64,000 bases of DNA. It comes from Camelus ferus (Eukaryota). The position numbers and the translations under genes are program-made. Shown here in pieces: positions 52,722 through 64,000 of the stretch. The notes under the pieces are model-generated. The model had not been told where the DNA came from. It worked only from the letters and a program-made list of their open reading frames with translations, and did no database searches. Numbering within the stretch: the first letter of the stretch is position 1; each line of letters begins with the position of its first letter. The DNA is taken from contig NC_045696.1 of NCBI RefSeq assembly GCF_009834535.1, positions 45,262,001-45,326,000 on the forward strand, written 5' to 3'.

Positions 52722-55700
52722 GGGGTGGTGCCAAGATGGCAAAGTAGAAGGACACATAGCTCACTGCCTCCAATGAATACAATGAAAATTATATCTACAG
52801 ACCCATCAAGTTGCACAGAACACCTACTGAATTTTGGCAGAATATTCTCTTACCTCAAAATACAAGAAGATTCCTCACAAAAACTGGTAGAAGAGAAAAA
52901 AAAAGAAAAAAAGGAAATTGGTGTGGGCCCTGTCTAAGGGGGAGGGAGTGACAAATGAGGAAAAGCACCCTCACGCTGGGATGCCCCCTCTCCAGTGGGG
53001 AGGTCAGTGGGGACATAGGGGAGCTTACTAGGCTTACAGGTGAAAGCAGCAACTGCTTGGTAGACAGAATTAAGAGAAGCCAGCACAGAGAGGTCCCTGC
53101 GATCCCAAGCCCTAGACACAAGCTGGTGGGGGTGGGCTAGGACTGGCTGCTGGAGCTCTCTGATGAGCCTGGGGAGAGGGCTGGGGCCAACTCTGATGGG
53201 TACTGGTGCCTGACAGGTGGTATGAACTGGTGGCTCTGCAGGCGTAGAACCTGTAGGATACCAGAGCGGCTTGCCAACATTTCCCACAGCTGAGGAGGAG
53301 ACAAGGCCAGCATCAACAAAGAGTACTTTGTAAGCCAGCATAACAAGTGACAGACAACACCAGAGGGCACTTCCTGGTAGACATCTACTGGGGGGGGGGG
53401 TGTACTCAGTGACTCTTCTTCCCAGGTGAAGCACTCCAACCCTGCCTGCCACACACTGCAGCTCAGAAACAGGTCTGGAAGCCTCTATCCCAACAACAAG
53501 GGAGCAAACCCAGCCACTGTCCAGGCTGTGACAATCACAGACCAGAAAGGAGGCCCTGCTCAACAACCAGGGCAGGCTCTGATCACCACAACACTGGCCA
53601 CACCCCCAGTGAATGGGTAACAGTCAACATACACAGGAGTAAGATGTGGCAACTATCCATACTAAAAACAGCCACTGTGACAAAATTACTAGATGCACAC
53701 AGTCTACACAGGAATGCTCACACTTAAAAAAAAGAAACAAAACAGCACTTCAAGACCACAGTAGATAACTGATACTCCTAAATCCTTAAAGTTAAGAGAA
53801 ATATGAGTAAAATGAAGGAGAGGAACCACTCCCAATTAAAGAACAATAGAAGTCACCTGAAAGAATGAACAATGAAATAGATCTTAATAGTCTACTAGAT
53901 CATGACTTCAAAAAGGGGGTGATAAAAGCACCAAAGGAAATAAGAAAGATTACGAATAAAAATGCAGAATAATATAAAAAGGAAATAAAAACCATAAAGA
54001 AGAGCCAATTAAAATCAGAAAACTCAATGGCTCAGATAAGAGCCAAGCTAAAGCCAGTCAAAAGCAGACTAGATAATGCAGAGGAATGAAAAAGTGACTT
54101 AGAAGAGAGGATAACAGAAATCACCCAATCAGAACGGCACACAGAAAAGCAAGTGAAAACTAATGAAAGCAATATAAGGGACCTATGCGATAATATAAAG
54201 CATGCCAATCTACACATAATATTGGTCCCAGGAGAAGAAAGAGCAAAAGGGATTGAAAAGATATTTGAAGAAATCATGACTGTAAACTTCCCAAACTTAA
54301 AGATGGAAACAGATATCCAAGTACAGGAAACACAGAGGGTCCCAAACAAGAAGAACCCAAATAGACCTCCACCAGGACATATTATAATCAAGATGGGCAG
54401 AGTTAAAGATAAAGAAAACATTCTAAAGGCAGCAAGAGAAAAACAAAGAGTTAGTTACACGAGAACCCCTATAAGGCTATCACCTTATTTCTCTACACAA
54501 ACATTGCTGGCCAAAAGGGAGTGCCAAGATATGTTCAAAGTCCTGAATGAGAAAAATTGGTAACCTAGGATAGTCTATCCAGCAAGACTATTCTTTAGTA
54601 TAGAAGGAGAGAGAAAGAATTTCACAGACAAGCAAAAACTAAAAGAATTGAGGAATACTAAACCTATCCTAAAAGAAAGGCCTACTCTAAATAGAAAAGA
54701 AGCAGGAAGCTATAGAAAACAGAAAACCATAATTGGAAATGCAATAACTACAATGAGTTGCAAGAGAATAAACATGAAGATGTAAAAGAGGATAATCAAA
54801 ACCATAAAAGGTGGGAAAGGGAAAAAGAAAATATAGATTTTTGTTGTTCTTCTTCTCAGGATGTGTTTGAGCCCATATGACTACCAGTCTAAAGCAAACA
54901 GATATAGTAATGGGTTAACACAGTTGAAAAACAGGGTAACCACAAATCAAAAGCATACAACAGAATCACAAAATCCAAAAAGAAAACAAGCTAATACAAA
55001 AGAAAATTATCAAAACACAAAAAGAAAAACAAAAAGAAAAGAGAAGGAACAAAGAAGAACTAACAAATCAACTGGAAAACAAAGTTCAAAATGGCAATAA
55101 ACACACATCTTTCAATAATTACTGTAAACGTCAATGGAACTAAATGCTCCAATCAAAATGCAAAGAGTGGCAGACTGGATAATAAAATAGGAGCCTACAA
55201 TATACTGTCTATAAGAGACCCACTTTAGGGTGAAGGACACACATAGACTGAAAGTGAGAGGATGGAAAAAGATATTTTATACAAATGGAAATGACAAGAA
55301 AGTGAGAGGAGCAATACCCATATCATACAAAATAGACTTTAAAACAAAGATCATAAAGAAAAATAAAGGACACTATACAATGATTAAAGGAGAAATACAA
55401 GAGGATATTATAATCATTAACATATATGCACCCAATATAGGAGCACCTAAATCTATAAAACAAATACTAACAGACATAAAGAGAGAAATTGACAATCATA
55501 GTAAGAGACTTTAACACCCCACTAACATCATTGGACAGCTCTTTCAGACAGAAAATCAATAAGGCAACGGAGATACTAAATGACATAATAGAACAGTTGG
55601 ACTTGGTTGATATTTTTAGGACATTACATCCCCCTCAAAACAGAATATACATTCTTTTGAAGTGTTCATGGAACATTCTCTAGGATAGACCACATCGGGC

Positions 55701-57254
55701 ACAAAAGAAGTCTCAACAAATTTAAGAGGACAGAAAGTGTTTCAAGTATCTTTTCAGATCACAATGGCATGAAACTAGAAATAAACCACAGAACAAAATG
55801 AGAAAAAAAAAAAAAAAAAAGACTGCATGGAGACTAAACATTGGTACTAAAAAACCAATGGGTCAACAAGGAAATCAAAGAAGAAATTAAAAAATACTTT
55901 GAGACAAACAACAATGAAAACATAACCACACAAAATCTAGGGATCCAGCAAAAGCAGTCCTCAGAGGGAAGTTCACAGTGATACAGGCCTTTCTCAAAAA
56001 ACAAGAACAATCTCTAATAAACAACCTAACCTATCACCTAAAAGAATTAGAAAAAGAAGAGCAAACAAAACTGAAAGTCAGCAGAAGGAAAGAAATAATA
56101 AAGATCAGGGAAGAAATAAATAAAATAGAGATTAAAAAATAGAAAAAAAATCAATCAGGCTAAGAGCTGGTTTTTGAAAGAGTAAACAAAATTGACAAAC
56201 CTCTGGCCAGGCACACCACGAATCCACCATCTATGAAGCCACCATCACCCTGATACCAAAACCCAACAGACATTACCAAAAAAGAAAATTACAGACCAAT
56301 ATCATTGATGAACATAGATGAAAAAATCCTCAACAAAATATTAGCAAACAGAATCCAACAACACATAAAAAAGGTCATACACTATAATCAAGTTGGATTC
56401 ACCTCAGGGACACAAGGATGGTTCAACATATGCAAATCAACCAGTGTGATACACTACATCCACAAAAAAAGGACAAAAATCATATGATCATCTCAAAAGA
56501 TGCAGGAAAAGCATCTGATACAATTCAACACCTATTTATGATAAAAATCCTTACCAAAGTGGGTACAGAGGGAACATATTTCAACATAATAAAAGCTATT
56601 TATGACAAACCCACAGCCAGCATAATACTCAACAGTGAAAAACTGAAAGGCTCTCCACTAAAATCTGGAACAAGACAAGCATGCCCACTCTCACTACTTC
56701 TATTCAACATAGTATTCAAAGTCCTAGTAATAGCAATCAGATAAGAAAAATAAATAAAAGAGATCCAAATTGGAAGGGAAGAAGTAAAATTGTCACTTTA
56801 TGCGGATGACTTGATACTGTATATAGAAAACCCTAAAAGCTCCACACAAAAACTACTAGAGTTGATAAAAGAATTTGGCAAGGTAGCAGAATACAAGATT
56901 AACATATAGAAATCAATGGCATTTCTTTACACTAACAATGAAATGTCAGAAAAATGGAATAAAGAAACAATCACTTTTCAAATTGCATCCAAAAAAAATA
57001 AAATACTTAGGAATATACCTGACCAAGGAAGTGAAAGATTTATATGCAGAGAACTACAAAACACTAATTAAGGAAATTAAAGATGACCTGAAGAAATGGA
57101 AAGATATCCCATGCTCTTGGATTGGAGGAATCAATATTGTTCAAATGGCCATACTATCCAAAGGAATCTACAGATTTAATGCAATCCATATCAAATTACC
57201 CAGGACATTTTTCACAGCACTAGAACAAATAATCCTAAAATTTGTATGGAACCA
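52722..57254 (+). mobile_element. L1 with 5'UTR, disrupted ORF1 and ORF2; internally deleted and 3'-truncated
   Basis: Starts ggtgccaagatggc with a GC-rich 5'UTR. ORF1 ~53803-54690 (NIRDLCDNIKHANL, TPIRLS); ORF2 EN and RT peptides from ~55091. Deletion at ~56215; ends at tttgtatggaacca without 3'UTR. Confidence 0.95.
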
Positions 57255-57269
57255 TTTGCTATGTATTTA

Positions 57270-58585
57270 TTTCCTTCTTCCCCATTTACTCTGGCTCTCA
57301 GCCAAGTTTACTAAAGTTGTATATTATTATGGACATAGGCACCTCGAGGCAGATATAGTGTAACATTTCAATTGCACTGAGCTTCTAGATGATTTCAAAG
57401 TGATTTTCATGGTTTTCTCTACTGACCAGGTCCCAAACCTCATTGCTGCTGAATTGGGAAATGACCACAGCCACTGAAGTACTTAAGGAACTCACTTCTT
57501 TCTAATCCTTGCCAGTCTTCTCTGTTAGCAAAGATTGCTTCATAGAATTTATTTTTTTCTGTCTATTCATTCCTTCAGCTCTTCAAGGTTAATAATTTGT
57601 CTCATCCTCCAATGACCAAGTCAATATTTGACACAACTGATTAGTCTACATGTTTATAACTGCTTTGAAATTTGGTCCATGATGCAAAGCAATACAATAA
57701 TCCTGAAATACTGATGATGATCCAGAGGAACTAGGCCAACTGGAGTCACAAGCCAGACAGGAAAATCTTTTTAACACAACTTCTCTCCAATCACAGAATT
57801 CTCTGCCATATTCTTTCAGAAGCCCCGTGGAAGAGGAGGTTATGGGTTGTAAGTGCAAGTCAAGGTGGATAATGGGGGAGGCACTTAATGAGTTCAACAT
57901 TATGGACTTCCCATGGTGCTGTTGCTTTTCGTTCTGTATTTTTTTACTCACTGGTTCAATATTAGTAACTATTTTACCCAGTTTAACTTGTTCTTTCGCA
58001 ATTAGAACTACAGAATCCTTGCATTTTTTTTAACATTAAAAATGTGTGGCTCCCTGAAAGAAGTTTGTTGTGGAGACTCCTCAGTATGTCCACTTTTGGA
58101 TGGTCTTTGGGAAACAAATCATTTTGTGTGCTGCCTGAAGTTCTGTTCTTGGACCACATCACGTGTTTCCTTTTTTTTTACCACCACCCCCAAATCTCCA
58201 AAGGTATGAATCTGCCAGATTTGGGGTTTTGATGTTTATTTCTAAAAACATTTATAGAAGTATCCTGAACTTTATTCTCATTGATTTTCTTATATTGTTG
58301 GGCGATGAGAGTTTTTGTTTCTTGAAAAAAATCTTGCTTGGGAATCTCTATTACAGGACATTCTACTTTTATCAGGTACAGCCTCTGCAACCATGGTGGG
58401 CATTTAGGGTGATCTCTTTTGGAGGCTGGGCTCCAAGTCCCTCCCAAGAACTGGAAATCTGCATTTCACTAGAAACATGTTGGGATCCAGGGCTTCTTGA
58501 AGGAGTTGCCTGAATGGCAAGAGGCATTTGGAGTCTTCTGAATTCCTTTACATTTCAGTCTTCCTGCCCCCTCAGGGTCTCGACA
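57270..58585 (-). pseudogene. Candidate large decayed coding exon ending in a PH-like segment
   Basis: Non-repeat region with long minus-strand open stretches (ORFs 58178-58447, 57646-57951). Motifs: TGLLKEYGREFCDWREVVLK, PNFKAVINM, KFYEAIFANREDW. Possible donor AGAA|gtgagt at 57496. Confidence 0.4.
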
Positions 58586-58589
58586 ACCG

Positions 58590-58838
58590 CCAATCTTCAA
58601 TTTTTAATTGGTGTATTTAGACCATTTACATTCAATGTAATTACTGATACGCTGGGGCTTAAGTTTGCTTCTTTATATCTTGTGTTTATTGTGTTATCTC
58701 TGTTTTTTGTTTCTGTTTCTTTTTTCCTATCTTTCTGTGGGTTAATGAAATCTATTCTAGAATCCCATTTTGATTTATTAATAATATTTTCAGAGTAACT
58801 CTTTCTATATGTTTTTTAGTGCTTGCTCTAGGTATTGA

Positions 58839-58903
<65 letters not shown>

Positions 58904-61020
58904 CTTAGTATAGTTTACTGGTATTGGCATTTTTGCCAATTCTAGTAAAGTATAGAAACCTTAACTCTATTTATGTTCTTTTACTCTCCCTCATTATAAT
59001 ATACTTGTCTTAAATATTTTATCTATGTACTTTGTTAGTGTTATAATTTTTGCTTGAATCACCAATCATAATTTAGAAAACTCAAGAGAATAGCCCACAT
59101 TTTTGCTTGGAGTGTTTTTTTTTCCTAATGTTCAGCAAGTTCCTTCTTTTACTGTTTCCATTCCGTTAAGAAAACTTCCCCTAGCTATACTTTTAGTGTA
59201 GGTATGTTGGTGACCAGTTCCCTCAGTTCTCCTTCATCTAAGAGATTACTCCTTTATTTCGGATGGATATTTTCACTGGATATAGGATTCAGGGGTGACA
59301 TTTCCTTTCTTTCAGCACCTGAGTAATATTTTGACAATTCCTTCTAGCCTCTATGGTATGTGATAAGAAATCCGATTTCATTTAACTTGAATTTATTTTC
59401 CTTTTGTGGTGTTTCTCTCTGGTTGCTTTCACAATTTTTACTTTGTCTTTAGTTTTCAGAAGGTTAATTATGGTATATCTTAGTGTGATTATCCATGAGA
59501 TTGTCCTATTTTGGTGTTTACTAAACATTTTTAATCTGTAGGTTTATATCTCTTGTCAAGTTTCAGCCATTATTTGAGTACTTTTTCAGCTTCGCCTTTT
59601 TTCTCCTCTGTTTTCAGGACTATAATAACACAAATGTTAAATCATTTATTATGGTCCAACAGCTCCCTCCCAATTCTATTTTCTTTCTGTTGTTCAGATT
59701 TCAGATTGAGTAATTTCTATTGTTACATACTCTAGTTCAATGATTCTTTCCTCTGCCCCTCCATCCAGCAATTAAGCCCTTCTACTGAGTATTTTGTTTG
59801 TTGTCTTCTTCAGTTCTAAAATTTCCATTTTGTTTCTTTGAAATTTTTGTCTTTATTAAAACTTTCTATTTCTTTGCTATTTTCCATTTCTATTTGCTTC
59901 AAGCATGCTAACAATTGCTTATCAAACCATTTTTATTGTGACTGATACTGAAATCTTTGTCAGGTAATTCTAACATCTCTGTTATCTTGATGTTGGCATG
60001 CATTGATTATCTTTTTTAAGTCAGTTTAAGAACTTTCTGGTTTCTGATATGCTTGATTTTGTTACTGAAATGTGGAAATGTGACTGAAATTTTTAAATGA
60101 TAAGACTCTGATTTAATAATTTAAGTTATAAGACTATGGATCTTCTTAACTTTGTTATAAGACTCTGGATCTTATTTTAAACTTCTTGCTTAGTCGGATT
60201 TCTCTGTCACTGACACAGTGACTGCCTCTTTACTGCTAGGTGAAGACAGAAGTCCAGGTTCCCTAGTCAGTCTTCATTGCCACATGAAACAGGAGGAACC
60301 TCATTACTGCTAGATGGGTATGGGAGTTCCAGTCTCGCATGTCTCTCCATGAACCCCACAGTGTGAGTGGCCTCATTACTGCTGGGTAATAGTGAGAGTC
60401 CTGACTCTCCGCTAGGCTTCCTTTTATTCTCCCCAGTGAGGAATGGAAGGAGTGCCTCATTACTGTTGGCTTAGGTGAAGTCTAGGCTCACCATGTGGTC
60501 TCCAGAACATTGGGATGGAGCTGGTCCCACTACCACTGTTGAAGGTCATGGAAGACCCAGGTCCCTACTTGAACTTCTCTGACATGACCCTGGTGGGGGT
60601 GTGGGGAATACCATATTATAGTCTAGTTTCCTCACTCAGCCTTTGCTGGCATCAGTAGGGGTGAGGCCATAGTTTTTTGGAAAACTGCCAGAGAGTTTTC
60701 CATTTTGCTGTCTGACTTATTCCTGGTCTTCTGGCTTTAGAGAGTAGGCTTTGGGGGGGGGGGGCTTTTTTGGTCTGCACCTGTTGGTGTTTCTAGGTTG
60801 TCAACTTCTTCAGCTCTTAAGTCTTGAATATAAGGGTAAAAGAAGAAAACCCAAGGAATCCACTCACCACATTGTGTCCTGAGGTCAGCTGGTTAGCTTT
60901 CTTCTCTCTACTTTGCAGAGTCTTCTTATATATTTTTTATATATGATGCCTAGATTTTTTTAGTTGTATTTAGTTGGAGGAATAGGGAAAAGTATATCCA
61001 TTCTATTTTCCTGGAAGGGA
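58590..61020 (-). mobile_element. L1MC-type LINE 5' portion (5'UTR with ~70-bp tandem units, ORF1)
   Basis: Reverse 5' end ccttccaggaaaatagaatggatatacttttccctattcctcc; repeated cctcattactg units at ~60230-60470; (TA)n at 58843-58901. Confidence 0.8.
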
Positions 61021-63015
61021 AAATCTTAAGGCTTAAAAAAATTCAGTTTTAGGACTTATGTTTTCCCTATTCAGTGAAAACCAAATTTGATATCATATTT
61101 CACTCTAGAAACAGAAATCTTCTCACTCCTTTCTATTCCCAGGGGTTTAAAAATAAATTCTTTAGCCTTTTTCCATTCCTCAAACTGATATTTCCCTATT
61201 CTGACTTTAATAAATGCTTTCATCAAGTGGCAGTTGATCAGATGGTTTGTGTGACCTGATAGGGTGGCACAGAACCTCTTTTCAAACTGACAGAATATTC
61301 AAAGCCTTTACTCTTTTCACCAGTTAAGCTGCTTTGTAAATGCCAGACTCTTTTAAAATTGTGTTGCTTGCAAGTGCATGTATTATTCATCTGACTGAGG
61401 TATCCCACACTGTCAAGGGGGAACACTGCAAGAAATCTATCTCTGAGCTTCCCTTTGATGCTGTGAGAAGATTCAGAATGAGTGGACTGGAAGGTGATTG
61501 TATTTTTCCTTTACCTTCTGGTTAAACTGACAATATCTGCCTCATGCTTCATTTTACCATATGACATGTCACCCAGGAGGAAGACCCTGAGAGCTCGAGT
61601 CACCTCCAGAAAGAAAAAACTCATTGTGTGATCCAAAGGTGACGGAGGAGATACTGATGCTGACAAATGGCCGTACACACATTTCTTTAGCTCTGCACAT
61701 GGTGCTTTCTGGATGGGACAGCATGTATCTTATTCCATAAAGTACCGGCAGCAGCAGAAGCTGAAAGGCATCTAGATACGTTCTTCCCAGTACACAATTC
61801 ACAAGGCTAGATCTTAAATGAGATAGAATTATACACAGATAAGACTAAAAAGACTTTAAAGGTCACTGAAGGGAAGGCTCCCTTCCCCTTTGGCCAACGT
61901 ACAAGTGAGAGACCAGACAGCTTCAGTGACTTGTCCAAGCTAACTAGTGGCAAAACTACAACATGCTTTGACAGCTGACTTTTATCCAATCTCCTTTTAT
62001 ATACACTGGAGGGTCATCAATAATGACTTTTTAAATGCTGGTTGATTATTCTGCATTAGAGCAGAAAATTATCAATCTACCATAGAAGGACAATCTATGT
62101 GAACTTTGAGAACTGGTTCCCTTAAAGAGTCAGGATTCTGATGACTAAGTTGTTCAAAAACACCAAGGGGCAGCAAGAAATAGGCTGTGATTCATTCAGT
62201 GGGTAGCACTACTTCTTGTGACAGTCTACTCCCAAGTCTTCTGTATGGTCAACTGAAAAGTGAGCCAAACCTGGGTCCCTCTGAGGTCTGCACAAATCAC
62301 AGAGTACAGCACAAGTTGACTCGTCTTCCAGAGTAGGTCCTAGCTGGGCAATAGTTCTAGGACTGCTTTCTGATTCCATTTTAAAGAATGACCTCTAGCT
62401 GACCTATATTCTCCCGAAAGCTTAAATTGGATCTGGCTTCCAACTTCCTTTGCTATCTTAAACCACATAGCTCTCTGCACAGCTGTTTAACAAGTTGTAG
62501 ATTCTGTACAGGGTAATGAGTACTAGCAGTTCACACAATAGCTGCTTATATATTTAAATGTAACCTACATATATATATGAAGGTTTCAGTGTGAGTTTAT
62601 ACAACCTAGATATATTTTATGAAATGTATTTGATATTAAAAGCCATTTTAGTGTTTCTGTTATTATCTGTTCTCAGAAAAAAAATAAAGAGGAATTTGAA
62701 ATAGGTGAAAGCAAGAGATCAAATATTATTTTAATATTCATATTTTCTGAACCTCAAATCAGGGCACACATTAAGAAAATGTAATAATAAGTAAAACCTG
62801 AACTCTCAAAAGATACAGATTTTAGGATTTTCATAGATGTCAGGAAACTAAGTTCTCATAACAAGATCTATTAATTTCTCAAAATCCTTAATTGTGGGAC
62901 TGACCAGAATTATCCTCCTATCTTTCACCTTGATTACTTTTTGAATCTTTTCTAGTAGACCTTAGTTTTTACAGACATCTGATAATTATTCAAGTCTAAT
63001 AAAAAGCAATAAATA

Positions 63016-63185
63016 TAGATAAACAACAATGTCGTCCTGTGTAGCACAAGGAATTATACTCAATATCCTGTAATAAACTAGAATGGAAAAGAAAATGAAG
63101 AATATATACGTATATAACTGAATTGCTTTGCTATACATCAGAAACTAACAAAACACTGTAAATCAACTATACTTCAATAAGAAAC
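63016..63185 (+). mobile_element. Very short L1 3'UTR insertion
   Basis: Ends ctgtaaatcaactatacttcaataa; TSD aaagcaataaata on both sides. Confidence 0.85.
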
Positions 63186-63277
63186 AAAGCAATAAATAAA
63201 TATTGATTAACGCAAAAAAGGAGGAGCTTATCCAGTAAGCAACAAAGAGTCAGTGAAGGATTTTAATAAAAGGATAT

Positions 63278-63758
63278 TGTGAGACGTCTCTCCACAGGTT
63301 GCTCTCACTTCTGTACAATTTCTGAGCAAAGCTATTGCTAGCTTTTATTCCGAAGTGTCATTTCAAGAGTGTTTGTATGGTAAACAGCCTTGGAAGATGG
63401 AGAAAGTATCTCTTTCCAGATCAAAGATTTGTTTGCTGTCTGAGATAATAAAGATAACATTTCCCTCCAAGGTTAAGGTTGGGCTTACCAACGGACCTTT
63501 TGGAAGATTGAGATTTTCGTAACCTAAGACTCTTAAGATGTAACATGTACTCACTGTGAGCACAGCATCCACTTGGGCATCACCCCATGGGCATTGGGAG
63601 TCAAGGGGAACCAATGAGAACATGCAATAAATGGAATGAAGTCCTTTTTCTCTGACCTAGGAGTCTCATGTCATCTGCTGGCACCTATGAAACTATGGCA
63701 AGCTAACTTAATAGCTTGGAAGCAAAGTAAAATGTCAGACTTTTCATGGTTCTTGACA
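63278..63758 (+). mobile_element. ERV1-class solo LTR
   Basis: TG...CA termini, aataaa at ~63626, and ggagtctcatgtcatctgctggca...gttcttgaca. Confidence 0.75.
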
Positions 63759-64000
63759 AAAGGTGACATTGTCATTGGTCATATACTACAATTCCACCAT
63801 TCTTGGGTATGACACATATGTCTGTGATTCAAACTGAGTAGCTCTAGAAGGAATCATAAGGAAGATCATGACTAACCGGAGAAATGGGATTAAAAATCAT
63901 GTGAATGGTCTACTTCCTAGTCAACTATGGCAACATACTTTAACTGAAGACAGTGTCTCACATTTCACATTCTCCTCAAAGCAATATATAAATGCGAGAG

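Noticed and set aside
52934..53566. Longest ORF in the window (210 aa, minus)
   Set aside because: It is antisense to a GC-rich L1 5'UTR, has a non-ATG start and shows no domain signal.
60230..60480. Spaced short repeats (cctcattactg) that look array-like
   Set aside because: These are tandem units of the L1MC 5'UTR; the spacers are related to each other, so this is not CRISPR-like.

Overview
AT-rich mammalian genomic DNA. It is most likely from a camelid, because a Vic-1-type tRNA-Ala SINE lies at 21.3 kb alongside artiodactyl-style L1 3' ends. Roughly half the window is interspersed repeats (L1, HAL1, L2, CR1, MIR, MaLR/ERV LTRs, hAT MERs), and I see no intact protein-coding gene. The main non-repeat signal is a decayed, spliced gene on the minus strand. 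Five exon remnants between 32949 and 22174 keep splice sites and compatible phases and translate to a DH (RhoGEF) - PH - FYVE-like 8-Cys zinc finger module. Further coding-like remnants up to ~61.8 kb suggest up to three extra N-terminal PH domains. I read this as an ancient unitary pseudogene of an FGD-like Rho GEF that I cannot match to a named gene. Other points are a ~310-bp-arm L1MC foldback with a 6-nt loop, a tailless tRNA-Lys 5'-half retropseudogene and twin-primed L1s. Domain and repeat-subfamily calls come from recalled motifs, not from database searches.
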